This document shows positions 46,919 to 56,826 of a DNA stretch of 64,000 nucleotides, one piece after another (position 1 is the stretch's first letter; every line of letters begins with the position of its first letter). Origin of the DNA: a virus. Its lineage: Duplodnaviria > Caudoviricetes. The position numbers and the translations under genes are program-made. The notes beneath the pieces are model-generated. The model saw only the letters and a list, made by a program, of their open reading frames with translations. It was not told where the DNA came from and made no database searches. The stretch covers positions 45,284-109,283 of the IMG/VR virus record IMGVR_UViG_3300037067_017859; one strand, 5' to 3'.

Positions 46919-49140
46919 TAAATTGCATCTCCAATGATTATCCCTTTATTCACAGAGAAAGTGCTTAAAATGCCAGTATGGTCATGCATCCTGTTATTTT
47001 GACAAAAAACTATAACTGGCTTTAAACCGCTTATTATGCCTCCTGGGACATAAGTGTTCATTGTGGTGTAAGCTATTGGCGTCCATGTCCCTCCGCTATC
47101 GAGGCTATACTCAAAAGTATAGAACCCAAAAACTTTTGCAGTCGGAGACTCTTGAATTGTCAATCGCAGATCAAGAGTAAAAGGGGCTGCCGGCATAGCA
47201 ATGGTTGTCAGAACCTCTGGACCTAGTGTAATAGTCCCGCCGCCGTCAATCGCAACTTCTCCAATCTCTAGTTTTGCCCCACTGGAATATGTAGCCCGGG
47301 CTGCGATCCCCCTTATATAATGTGACGCTCCGCCCAGGGCCGCCAGTGAGTTTATGGTTTCCATAAATAAACACATGCTGGTAGTGGTAACTGTATGGGA
47401 ACCATCATCATCAAGGGTAAGAGCGGTAAATCCAGCCGTCACCTGGATTAATCCGGCTTCATCTGGAACAATTCTCGATCTATGAGCAACCCCCCAAAAT
47501 CCATATTTATTAGTTCCGGTTGCTAAAGGAGTAGTGAAAGTCAATGTTCCATTTGCGTTGAGCGTCAGTGTACCTTGAGTCCCTCCTACCAGGCGGACCC
47601 ACCATTTTGGATCTGTAAATGAAGTATAATCTGTTGGCCCTAAAAGGCCATCTCCTCCAACGTACCCCGTACTATGAGCATTGCTATTGTCATTTCGGCT
47701 ATAAGCATTTTCAAACCAAACCCTGGCCTCAACCTGAGTTACAGCGGCAGGGACAGCAATTGGAGCACTGACAAATTCTCTCGATGAAACATCATCAAGA
47801 AATCCTTCAGGAGAGAAATCAAAAAAAGTGGGAGACCAAAACCCTCCATTGGGTTGGGCTCCGAGAAATCCTTCAGTTGTCCAGGTCCAGGGAGCTTTGA
47901 CAATCTTCATTCTTACCTGATCATAAACTCCGCCTCCCATATGGGCGCTTAGAAGCGGTCGCCATTTTCCAACTGTTGTTATATTTACGCCGGAAATGGA
48001 TTTGACGACAAGCCATTGGCATTTAGAAAGAGTCCAGGTTCCATTTCCAAGAACGTCAACAAGAATTAAATCTCCAACCGCAGCCGTTCCCCATGCCGCA
48101 GGAGTAACAAATTGGAGTGTCGCAGGATCAAACTGATGGTCTGCTCCAGATCCATCGTAATGGGTTGCAGCGGCGCCTGCATTATCATCCAGTTCGCGCC
48201 AGCTTCCAGTAGAAGCATCTTTAACTTGGACGCACCAATATTGGATTATATTGCCATTTGTCGCCGGCCTGGTCACATGGGCAATATAAGTTCCTGGGAT
48301 TGCTCCCTTTTCGAGCGTTACCGCCCATCCTGAAGGAGCTCCAGAATCATAAGTCGTATTTGTAACTACGGTCTGCGTAACTGTCTGAGGACTTAAATTC
48401 CCATCCGTCCACCGAGACCAGCCAGATACGTTATGTATTTTCCAAGCAAAATACCAAGTTCCTTGAGCAGAACTCGTCCATTGATAAAGAGCCCCTTCTT
48501 GGTTAGCTACTATCCCTGTAATGATAAGTTTTGTGGTCCCATCATGAGCAAAAGTACCACCTTCTGCGGCCGTCCTTAAATCCTCAAATTCTGGAAGTGC
48601 ATCTCCCGGGGCAACCAGCATCGCTCGGAATTCAGCTTCATCTATTCCAACATAATTTTTCCCTGCCAGTACCGTAGCTGTAATATCCAATCCTCTTGCA
48701 ACCGATTGAGCAACAAGTTGGTCAGGGGTGGATTGGACATTAGCGGAAAATGCCGATACTGCATATGTGATCTCAATCGCATATGTTTGCGCAGAAGCAT
48801 CATTATTGGTCAATCGACAAAAAAGACTGAGGGCGGAAGTGTCGTCATAATACCTGGCAACAAACCCTTCATTGCGTTCTGCGTATGATCCGGCATTATC
48901 CTCTACTGGATCATAAAAAACCGCTCCCGCGAAAGCGCCAGAATCATAGAGAAGTTCGGCCGGCAATCGCGTAGAATTAGAAAATATTTGTAATTGACTT
49001 GTCGTTCCTCCGCCAGAGGGAGTGATTTTGATTTTAAAAATGTCCACAAAGTTATTGGTGAGAGTCCGAGCGAAATCGAGTACTCCTCCGCTACCAGCTA
49101 CGGATGCTGATGTAAATGAATCAACAAGATACCTGCCCAT
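46918..49140 (-). CDS. large beta-rich virion appendage protein, paralog 3
   Basis: shares DLRT.AEGGT, GWS.WTDGN and EARVWF.N motifs with its neighbours. Confidence 0.75.
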   Translation of the reverse strand: MGRYLVDSFTSASVAGSGGVLDFARTLTNNFVDIFKIKITPSGGGTTSQLQIFSNSTRLPAELLYDSGAFAGAVFYDPVEDNAGSYAERNEGFVARYYDDTSALSLFCRLTNNDASAQTYAIEITYAVSAFSANVQSTPDQLVAQSVARGLDITATVLAGKNYVGIDEAEFRAMLVAPGDALPEFEDLRTAAEGGTFAHDGTTKLIITGIVANQEGALYQWTSSAQGTWYFAWKIHNVSGWSRWTDGNLSPQTVTQTVVTNTTYDSGAPSGWAVTLEKGAIPGTYIAHVTRPATNGNIIQYWCVQVKDASTGSWRELDDNAGAAATHYDGSGADHQFDPATLQFVTPAAWGTAAVGDLILVDVLGNGTWTLSKCQWLVVKSISGVNITTVGKWRPLLSAHMGGGVYDQVRMKIVKAPWTWTTEGFLGAQPNGGFWSPTFFDFSPEGFLDDVSSREFVSAPIAVPAAVTQVEARVWFENAYSRNDNSNAHSTGYVGGDGLLGPTDYTSFTDPKWWVRLVGGTQGTLTLNANGTLTFTTPLATGTNKYGFWGVAHRSRIVPDEAGLIQVTAGFTALTLDDDGSHTVTTTSMCLFMETINSLAALGGASHYIRGIAARATYSSGAKLEIGEVAIDGGGTITLGPEVLTTIAMPAAPFTLDLRLTIQESPTAKVFGFYTFEYSLDSGGTWTPIAYTTMNTYVPGGIISGLKPVIVFCQNNRMHDHTGILSTFSVNKGIIIGDAI

Positions 49141-51354
49141 TTAAAATACCTCTCCGAGGCCAGTAATAATTTCAGCTTCAACTAAAGTGGCAGTCGCCCC
49201 ATTCAACCGGCAGTTCCCAAACCATCCAATGAACACATCTGCGCCTTTAATCGAAGGACTAAAATCCCTCCCTATCAACCCATAAGTGCTAGAAGAATAG
49301 ATCCCTGATCCGCCAAGCCGCCATTCAATTTTCTGTTCAGAAAAATTACCACTGTATGACCATGCCCCCCAATTAGCTATTATCTCAATTGTTGATCCGG
49401 GAACAGGTCGATCTACGCTGGTGCTGGTATAAGCATTATATCCTTTAGAATATGGGTCTGCGAGGTCTCCACCAATGCCAGCGTCGTAATTTTTAGCAGG
49501 AGAAGTTGAACCACCCATTTTTACTTTTGCATTTGTACCAATTATGAAAAGTGCTAATGGGAACAGACCCCCATAACCGTGAAACCCATCCGTAAGCCAT
49601 ATTCCTAAACCAAGTCTATCCGCAGAGGCAAGGCCAACAGGCAAGGTCACATTGGTAAATTTTGCACGTACTCTAATAGTAAAATCAGGAGCAGGCCACA
49701 TCCGAAATCTTCCACGCACACCCACAACTCCGGCATGACTGCTTTCTGATGCCCCAACAACAGACATTATGGCAGACCCATTAGAGAAGGTGAGAGTTCC
49801 ATAATTCGCCGGTGGATATATCGGAACCCAAAGAGATCGATCGCTGAAATCTGTCATTATCCCCGGTATTATTATTGCCGGCCCTGCCGTCCCTTGAGTA
49901 TAAACACTATGATTCAAAGTGTCGTCTGACCTGCTGTAACAATTTTCGAACCAAACTCGCGCCTCAACCTGAGTGGTTCCAGCAGGTATTGGAATCGGAG
50001 CCGAAACAAATTGCTTCGTTGAATAATCTCCGGCGATCCATCCAATTCCCTTCTCTTGATTTATGTCTGATCCAATATTGCCCTCTGGCCAGTAGCCTAA
50101 ACCCGGTTGAGCGCCAAAATATCCATCAGTGCTCCAGGTCCAGGGAGGCTTTACAATCTTTATTCTAAGATCGGCAGTTACTCCTCCACGGAGATTGGGA
50201 CCAATATACAGAGTTGTGGTCCCAAGATCATTTTCTCCAATAATAAACCACATGCAATAATTGACATCAAAATTCCCGCCGCGCACGTCGACAAGAACCA
50301 AATCACCAACAACGGCCGTTCCCCAACCAGATGTTGGTTTTGTGAGATATCCCGTTGCATAGGAATGAGAAACTAAGGATCCATCATAATGAGTTTCCGC
50401 GGCCCCGGCATTGGCATCCAGAGTTCTCCAACTTCCAGTGGAAACATCTTTAACTTGGACGCACCAGGACAAAAGATTATTACCATTTGTTCTCGGACGA
50501 CAGGCCCGAACAATAACCGTATTAGCGGCTGGTCCAGTCTCGAGAGAAATATCCCAATCCGCTGGCGGTCCAGTATCAGAGAAATTCTGTGTATCGACAT
50601 ACTGAACCACAAAAGAGGGAGTCGAATTTCCGTCAGTCCAGAGAGACCAACCCACGGCATTTTTTATCCTGGCTGTCACATACCATCGTCCCTGCGCTGC
50701 CGACGCCCATTGCCATTGGGCCCCTTCCGCAGTGGCCGAAATCACAAGTTGTAAATCTGTTGTTATATTGGGAACCCACGTGCCGCCTTCTGCGACAGTT
50801 CTCAGGTCGACCACTCCGGAATAATTCTGGTCAGCAACATACTTCGCCCGAAGTTCAGCTTGAATGCACCCATCTTTGAAAGATTCCGCAGTCAGTCCGG
50901 CGAGAAGATTCAATCCATTTGCGATTGTCGACAAATAAATACCATCTGGAGATCCAAGAATCCCACTAAGATCAGTATTCAGAGCTTCATATTCAATGGT
51001 AATCGTATAAGTTTTGGCAACAGTATGGTTGTTTGTAATCCTCAAATGAAGCTGTAATGCTTCATCGACATCGTAATAAGGAAGGACTGCCCCTTGATTG
51101 AGTTCGGCTCCAGCGCTTGTTTCGGGATCCACTGAGAGAACGCCTGTGAATGCAGTAGAAGAGTAAAGAATATCACCAAAAAATCTGGCGGCTTTCTTGA
51201 ATATTTGGAAGATATTTGTCCCTGTGCCGATACTTGGAACAATCTTAATCTTTGCAATATCAAGCGAATTGACAGGAATCGTCCTTTCAATATCCAAACT
51301 GGATGTTGCTGGAACAGAAGCCGTTACAAAAGTGTCAGTCGTATATCTAGTCAT
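49141..51354 (-). CDS. large beta-rich virion appendage protein, paralog 2
   Basis: same shared motifs as 46918..49140. Confidence 0.75.
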   Translation of the reverse strand: MTRYTTDTFVTASVPATSSLDIERTIPVNSLDIAKIKIVPSIGTGTNIFQIFKKAARFFGDILYSSTAFTGVLSVDPETSAGAELNQGAVLPYYDVDEALQLHLRITNNHTVAKTYTITIEYEALNTDLSGILGSPDGIYLSTIANGLNLLAGLTAESFKDGCIQAELRAKYVADQNYSGVVDLRTVAEGGTWVPNITTDLQLVISATAEGAQWQWASAAQGRWYVTARIKNAVGWSLWTDGNSTPSFVVQYVDTQNFSDTGPPADWDISLETGPAANTVIVRACRPRTNGNNLLSWCVQVKDVSTGSWRTLDANAGAAETHYDGSLVSHSYATGYLTKPTSGWGTAVVGDLVLVDVRGGNFDVNYCMWFIIGENDLGTTTLYIGPNLRGGVTADLRIKIVKPPWTWSTDGYFGAQPGLGYWPEGNIGSDINQEKGIGWIAGDYSTKQFVSAPIPIPAGTTQVEARVWFENCYSRSDDTLNHSVYTQGTAGPAIIIPGIMTDFSDRSLWVPIYPPANYGTLTFSNGSAIMSVVGASESSHAGVVGVRGRFRMWPAPDFTIRVRAKFTNVTLPVGLASADRLGLGIWLTDGFHGYGGLFPLALFIIGTNAKVKMGGSTSPAKNYDAGIGGDLADPYSKGYNAYTSTSVDRPVPGSTIEIIANWGAWSYSGNFSEQKIEWRLGGSGIYSSSTYGLIGRDFSPSIKGADVFIGWFGNCRLNGATATLVEAEIITGLGEVF

Positions 51355-53660
51355 TTCGCATGTATCTTAAATAAATAATATGTTCGAATCGGTTTATTAG
51401 ATGGAGGTTTAGGAACAAATGGCGTATATCCTTCACTCGTATCAGGGTTTCCACTTCCTTGAATTCTGTTTTGAGCTATGGTCCCTTGGATTATTTCAAT
51501 CTCACTCAGAGTCGCTCCCCATGGAGGAGGATACGCTCCAGTAGATGTGCTATATGCTTGGGACGCCAACCCAATAATAAATTCAGCCCCCGCCATTGGT
51601 TGGGTAACAAACTCGCCATCGTCTACTGCTGGAGGACTAATATATGCTCCACCATTTAGAGAATATTGAGATAGGATGTGACTATAGCGGTATGAACCAC
51701 TGGATTTTTCTCCAAATCCCATAATGAGATCAACAGTGTAACCTGGCGCTGGCCTTATAATGTCAAGGTAATAGGTAGAATCCCCCAGGCCAAGATATCC
51801 GTCATATGCAGTAAATTTACCCTGATCGAATCTTATTAATGCATTAGTTCCACGATTCTTCCATTGAACGCAGGCAGGATCAAAGATGTCATACCAATCC
51901 CCTCTCCTAAAACAGCATCCGATAAAAAGCCCAAAATAATGACGAGAGATTGTCCCAATTGGAAGAGTGACATCTGTGAATCGAGCTCTGATTTTTATTA
52001 TGCCATTTGCATCAGGATAAAGTAGAAAACGAGATTTGACTCCCCAAATACAACTTTGATTCCTATAAGCAGGTTGCGGATTGACTCCTGCAATTACGCA
52101 TTTGCCTGCTGAATTAAAGGATACAGTTGCAAAATCTCCTTTCCCATAAATAGGGACGAACCAGTTTGGATCATTAATATTTATCCATTTGCGTACGCTT
52201 GGAAGCCCGAGAAGACCTGTACTATGGGTAAGCGTATTGTCTGATCGACAATATGGGTTCGAGAACCAAACCCTGGCTTCTGGATTGGTTACAGTATTGG
52301 GAATCATCATTGCAGAAGATACGAATTCTTTGGTTTCTTTATCTCCGTAATAATTCAATTGGTTTTGATTCGGTTTTGGCCAGAAACCCTTTCCAGCCGT
52401 GCCTCCAAGATATCCTCCGGTCGTCCAATTCCAAGGAGGTTTTATAATTATAATTCTTAAATCCGAAGTTACTTGAGGGTCCAAATAATCACTCAAATAA
52501 ACTATATTTCCGATGATTGTATTAATTCTTGCCCATTGGCAATACTGTTCATCCCACACGCTGCCGCGCACGTCGACAAGAACTAAATCACCTGCTACCG
52601 CGGTGCCCCATCCGGAGGAAGATGGATCAATGAGAGCTTTTTTGTTTGCAGACAAACTATAACTTATAGCTCGACCGTCCAATCTCATATGATCGACGTC
52701 AGAACCTTCAAATAAGGTTTTCCAGGATCCTGTATCTGCATCGAGAAGTTGAACTGCAAAGAAGTCAATTTGATTCGCATAATAATCGGGTCTGGTTGCC
52801 CGGCATATGACTGTGTTTGAAGATGGACCATATTCAAGAGTTACCGACCAACTTGAGGGAGGCGCAACGTCAGCAGCGATTCCAGTTCTAAAAAAGCTTC
52901 TTACATCTGATGGAGTTTCGTTCCCATCCGTCCACCGAGACCAGCCGAAAGTATTATGCAATTTCCAGGTAAAAAACCATGTCCCTATATTGGCGTCGAT
53001 CCAAATATTTTGGGCGCCATTCATATCGGCTAAAACGCCTGTAAAAATTAGTTGAGTGGTTCCATTGTCGACGAAAGTCCCACCTTCCGCTACTGTCCTC
53101 ATGTCATAAGCGCCGGCTTGCGGCGATCCGGCCGCAATGAATTTAGCGCGGAATTCTGCATCGTCGATCGTTGCATTATTTTCCGAGGCAAAAACAGTCG
53201 ATTTTTGGTTTGAACCCAATGAACTTCCAACGGCTATTAGTCCAGAAGGCACACCAGAAACCAATTCAGAACCTTGAACGTGGATATCGTAGGTTATGAC
53301 AACAGTGTAAATCACTTGAGCGGAATGGCCATTAATGATCTTGAAATATATGGCATTTGTCATCTGCTTATCCTCATAAGCACAGACAAATCCTTCATTC
53401 CGTTCAATTGGAGCAACTCCGTCATCCTCTACTGGATCCACCAAAAACCCGGTATATTGCTTGGTCGCATAGACAATATCCGCGGCCGCATACGTGAGGT
53501 CTTTATAGATGAAAAATTCCGTTGGCGCCACAGGTATTGAAGGAGACACTTTGATTTTAACAATATTGCATGAACTGACACTGAGGGCTTGGGCGAAGGT
53601 ATCAGTGACTCCAGCGCCTATGGTTCTCTGAAATACGAGGGTTGAATATCTATTTGCCAT
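51351..53660 (-). CDS. large beta-rich virion appendage protein, paralog 1
   Basis: same shared motifs as 46918..49140. Confidence 0.75.
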   Translation of the reverse strand: MANRYSTLVFQRTIGAGVTDTFAQALSVSSCNIVKIKVSPSIPVAPTEFFIYKDLTYAAADIVYATKQYTGFLVDPVEDDGVAPIERNEGFVCAYEDKQMTNAIYFKIINGHSAQVIYTVVITYDIHVQGSELVSGVPSGLIAVGSSLGSNQKSTVFASENNATIDDAEFRAKFIAAGSPQAGAYDMRTVAEGGTFVDNGTTQLIFTGVLADMNGAQNIWIDANIGTWFFTWKLHNTFGWSRWTDGNETPSDVRSFFRTGIAADVAPPSSWSVTLEYGPSSNTVICRATRPDYYANQIDFFAVQLLDADTGSWKTLFEGSDVDHMRLDGRAISYSLSANKKALIDPSSSGWGTAVAGDLVLVDVRGSVWDEQYCQWARINTIIGNIVYLSDYLDPQVTSDLRIIIIKPPWNWTTGGYLGGTAGKGFWPKPNQNQLNYYGDKETKEFVSSAMMIPNTVTNPEARVWFSNPYCRSDNTLTHSTGLLGLPSVRKWININDPNWFVPIYGKGDFATVSFNSAGKCVIAGVNPQPAYRNQSCIWGVKSRFLLYPDANGIIKIRARFTDVTLPIGTISRHYFGLFIGCCFRRGDWYDIFDPACVQWKNRGTNALIRFDQGKFTAYDGYLGLGDSTYYLDIIRPAPGYTVDLIMGFGEKSSGSYRYSHILSQYSLNGGAYISPPAVDDGEFVTQPMAGAEFIIGLASQAYSTSTGAYPPPWGATLSEIEIIQGTIAQNRIQGSGNPDTSEGYTPFVPKPPSNKPIRTYYLFKIHAK

Positions 53661-54050
53661 TTACAAGCACCGCGCCTCTTGTAATTTAAAAATGAAATTG
53701 AGCATTGCGCCGGCCGCCAAAGTATATGGAATCGCAGAATCCTCATGCACAAGAAGATTGCCCCCCACGGCAGCATCAAAAAGGCCCCAATTGGTTATAC
53801 TCAAAGCTGCCAGGGCGGTGAGAGCTCCAGATACCTGCCAAGTATCGTTAGCAACTCCAACGGTCACAATGGCGCTCACCCCTATCGCTCGAGTGTAGCC
53901 GCCAGTCGTATCCTCAGTAAACAGAATCGTATCTGTAATAGCAGCCGTCCCAACTCCGGTGCCCCATCCAATATAGACAGGCTCGGTGCCTAATCCTTTG
54001 ATTCTTTTGGCAAGAATTTCTAAACCCTTGTCTGTTATTACAAAGGCCAT
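53661..54050 (-). CDS. virion structural protein (tail-collar/fibre N-terminal-like)
   Basis: ITDKG...IGWGTG...DTILFTE...WGLFDAAVGGNLL. Confidence 0.65.
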   Translation of the reverse strand: MAFVITDKGLEILAKRIKGLGTEPVYIGWGTGVGTAAITDTILFTEDTTGGYTRAIGVSAIVTVGVANDTWQVSGALTALAALSITNWGLFDAAVGGNLLVHEDSAIPYTLAAGAMLNFIFKLQEARCL

Positions 54051-54059
54051 GTTGTCTCC

Positions 54060-54362
54060 CTAGAACTCTTCATATGCTCCTTGGACGCCTTCTCCTGTTG
54101 TGCCAATCACATAAAGAGATGCTAAATCCAAGCCATTGCCATAATCTCCCGTCAGGGGTTGTTTATCCAAGTCGCTGCCGGCCCCCGCAGGAAAATTCAA
54201 TTCCAAGCCATTTGTAGCTGTCACTCCGGATCCACCAACATAAATGACATGGGAATTGCCGCGTTTGGGAGCGATAATCACCTGTTTTGCTTTTGCTGTG
54301 GTCGCAGAAAGAGGTTCTGCCGAAGCACTTCCCAGGACTTTACTAAAATTTTTCCACGCCAT
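54060..54362 (-). CDS. small beta-rich virion protein
   Basis: N...IYVGGSGVTATNGLEL...LASLYV. Confidence 0.65.
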   Translation of the reverse strand: MAWKNFSKVLGSASAEPLSATTAKAKQVIIAPKRGNSHVIYVGGSGVTATNGLELNFPAGAGSDLDKQPLTGDYGNGLDLASLYVIGTTGEGVQGAYEEF

Positions 54363-54372
54363 TTCGATCTCC

Positions 54373-54600
54373 TTAATAGCCTTGTCTGGTTTTCATATCA
54401 TCGGTAGAAGGAAGATCATCGGTATCAAGATCGAATGGAGTAATAAACTGCCCACCAGCCTTCACTCCACAATCAGGAACCCTAAAGGCCATTGCCGGAT
54501 CATCGGCTGATCTTCCATCCGGGATTTTGTGTCCTGTTGGCGCCTGATTGAATGTTGGGCATGGGCGCTGTGAATTTTCAGGAATTTCTTTGCGAGTCAT
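54373..54600 (-). CDS. hypothetical protein
   Basis: GGAGG SD; follows promoter motif C. Confidence 0.65.
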   Translation of the reverse strand: MTRKEIPENSQRPCPTFNQAPTGHKIPDGRSADDPAMAFRVPDCGVKAGGQFITPFDLDTDDLPSTDDMKTRQGY

Positions 54601-54615
54601 AAACCCTCCACATCT

Positions 54616-55287
54616 CTATTTTACATTGTTGCTGTCAAGTCTCACTGAAAGCTTGGGAAGTGCTTCGATAAAATTGGCCTCTCCTATTGGTTGAGCCATG
54701 CCCATCTGTTTCACGATTAGACTGGTATCACACCAAACCTGGAATCCCTTTTTAATCGCCCTCATGCAAAAGTGAAGATCTGCACTACGAGTCGAATTTT
54801 CAGGATAGAAGAAATAAGGCTCTCCTATTGCCTCGAGGACTTCCCGTTTTATGAGCATGACCCCGGTGCCCACTCCTCCAGTGACTTGGAATAACTCATT
54901 ATGAGGATAATCAAGAATTGGATGCGGTTCTCCCTTATCATCGATATCAAATACCAGGGGATCGAAGTTACCGGACGATCGGAAGAACAGCGGCGCAATT
55001 ATGTCCTTATCTCTCGCCAGGAGCCTCCCAATGATGTTGGGTGGACTGATAAGCATATCGTCATCGGCAAAGAGCAAATGAGTCGCTCCACCTTTCAGGG
55101 CAGTGTCACAGGATATATTACGGACCTTCTGTGTTGGAACTTTAGGTCCACCAACCAGCCAGCGGACAGAATATTCACCACGAGTCTCCGCCCGGCCGGA
55201 GTCCTGCGAAGCAAGAAGGAAATTCATTAAGGGTTCTGGATCCATTGCATGATAACAAGGCACAGAGGCTAAAACTCTTGGCAGCAT
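54616..55287 (-). CDS. GT-A fold glycosyltransferase inside the structural module
   Basis: RN...THLLFADDDM, GVGTGVMLIKREV, DLHFC...GFQVWCDT. Confidence 0.8.
   Translation of the reverse strand: MLPRVLASVPCYHAMDPEPLMNFLLASQDSGRAETRGEYSVRWLVGGPKVPTQKVRNISCDTALKGGATHLLFADDDMLISPPNIIGRLLARDKDIIAPLFFRSSGNFDPLVFDIDDKGEPHPILDYPHNELFQVTGGVGTGVMLIKREVLEAIGEPYFFYPENSTRSADLHFCMRAIKKGFQVWCDTSLIVKQMGMAQPIGEANFIEALPKLSVRLDSNNVK
54618..54640 (-). promoter_or_regulatory. late-promoter-like motif, copy C
   Basis: ACTTGACA-GCAACAATG-TAAAAT, overlapping the end of the glycosyltransferase gene. Confidence 0.65.
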
Positions 55288-55295
55288 AAAACTCC

Positions 55296-56507
55296 TTACA
55301 CATAGCCGAAAACACTATCAACGTCATGGGACTGCCAATAATTTGCGCCGTGCTGTGTGAATGGGTATCGGCTATACGCCCATTGTAAATTCTGCATATA
55401 AATGGAATCGTCCGCCAGCATGGCAGCCGCCAAGTCTTCTTGGTACTGATTGTAAAATTCCCGAGCTACCGCAGGATCATAATAGGGGCTCTTCGGATTC
55501 CATTTGAGAACATCAGAAATTGCGCCATTAACCAGGACGTGGCTTGGAATGGCAGGCGGTGGCGTGTCCTCTGGTTCTGTCAAATTAGGAGGAGTCCGGT
55601 ATGCAATGTAAGGGAATCCTTGTTCCATGGATGGCGAAGGATAGAGTTCGTACTGGAACCGTCCAATTTCATCAGGAACAAAGTCTGCCAACATATAAAC
55701 GAATCCGGTTGTCTGCCTCCAGGTGTCATAAGTATTGAGAACTTCTTGAGGCATATTTAATCGAAGGCGCCAACCCTGCTTGTTATTGACAATACTCCAA
55801 ACCATCCTAAGATTTTGTTCAAGGGTTACATACGCTTTCATGATCTGGTAGGCTGATGTCAGAAAATTGGCATGCCCCCAAACTAAATCCAATTTCAAAT
55901 AAAGAGAATTGACAAGCGGATCCAGGGAAGAAGGAGCGGTGTAGACTCCTTTGATGCAATAGAAGCTTGTGGTAGTTCCCACTCGAAACTGCCGGCGCAC
56001 CAAAGAACTCTTGGTGATGGTTTCGCCTGCGTCGTGCGTTGCTGTGGGTTTTGCTTTAAAACTGTTTACCCCCACGGATATGACAAGCATAAATTCTGGA
56101 GTGCCAGCCTGGTCAAAAGTCAGCCAGTCTCCCGCTTCGATCCCGACCATGCTTGTGGGATAAACATCCTGATATTCATTTGTTATGGTAATCGCTTGGC
56201 TTAGAGTGGTATTAACAAGGTCATTAGTAGGCCATAAGGTTAAAAGCCCTTCAACCCCATCGGACCCTTGAACGACATTCACTGTCCCTGTGCAATAGAC
56301 GGCCGGAATGACAATCTGCCCACGCACAAGAAGCCCGGCCCACATTCGTTTATCAAGTATTTCTCGCAAACGAGTATTAATTCGTCTTTTAGCTAACTGT
56401 GGCGGACAATCAGGATTGTAAGTAAGGACATGATTTACCATGTCCTCAAAGTTCTCCTGTACCGCCCCTGCACCAGCATAGGGCTGGATCGGACCAACAA
56501 CGGACAT
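55296..56507 (-). CDS. head-tail adaptor, paralog 1, with a beta-rich insertion
   Basis: KRRINTRLREI...W; YELYPSP...YRTP..L...DTP; VLVNGAISD. Confidence 0.6.
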   Translation of the reverse strand: MSVVGPIQPYAGAGAVQENFEDMVNHVLTYNPDCPPQLAKRRINTRLREILDKRMWAGLLVRGQIVIPAVYCTGTVNVVQGSDGVEGLLTLWPTNDLVNTTLSQAITITNEYQDVYPTSMVGIEAGDWLTFDQAGTPEFMLVISVGVNSFKAKPTATHDAGETITKSSLVRRQFRVGTTTSFYCIKGVYTAPSSLDPLVNSLYLKLDLVWGHANFLTSAYQIMKAYVTLEQNLRMVWSIVNNKQGWRLRLNMPQEVLNTYDTWRQTTGFVYMLADFVPDEIGRFQYELYPSPSMEQGFPYIAYRTPPNLTEPEDTPPPAIPSHVLVNGAISDVLKWNPKSPYYDPAVAREFYNQYQEDLAAAMLADDSIYMQNLQWAYSRYPFTQHGANYWQSHDVDSVFGYV

Positions 56508-56522
56508 GGCATGCTCCAGGGT

Positions 56523-56559
56523 AAAACGGGAGTCCAGAAAGTTTCCCTCCTGGACTCCC
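56523..56559 (-). terminator. intrinsic terminator after the capsid/decoration genes
   Basis: GGGAGTCCAG / CTGGACTCCC stem followed by GTTTT on the minus strand. Confidence 0.75.
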
Positions 56560-56565
56560 TACTTT

Positions 56566-56814
56566 TTAGGCATTGCCTATAGCGAGAACCTTGCAATTTG
56601 CCAAGGATCCACTCAAGGCAAAAGTCACAGTCCCCGCTGAATAGGTTGCTCCTGTCGTCACGCCGGATACACTATTCTGAATGAAAACAGCCTCAACCTT
56701 TCCCAATCCACTGACCCACGTATCTCCATTATCAATGGCGGTAAAGGTTGCCAGAACTGCCATCCGGTTGCCAAAGTTCAATTGAATTTTGGCGCTTGGA
56801 GTTTGTGCTGGCAT
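56566..56814 (-). CDS. small capsid decoration-like protein
   Basis: 82 aa, beta-rich; strong GAGGAGG SD; in the capsid unit. Confidence 0.6.
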   Translation of the reverse strand: MPAQTPSAKIQLNFGNRMAVLATFTAIDNGDTWVSGLGKVEAVFIQNSVSGVTTGATYSAGTVTFALSGSLANCKVLAIGNA

Positions 56815-56826
56815 GGATCCTCCTCA

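Noticed and set aside
46918-53660. Diversity-generating retroelement or shufflon acting on the three paralogs
   Set aside because: There is no reverse transcriptase in the window, no adenine-specific TR/VR pair was seen, and all copies are full-length genes in direct orientation rather than inverted cassettes.
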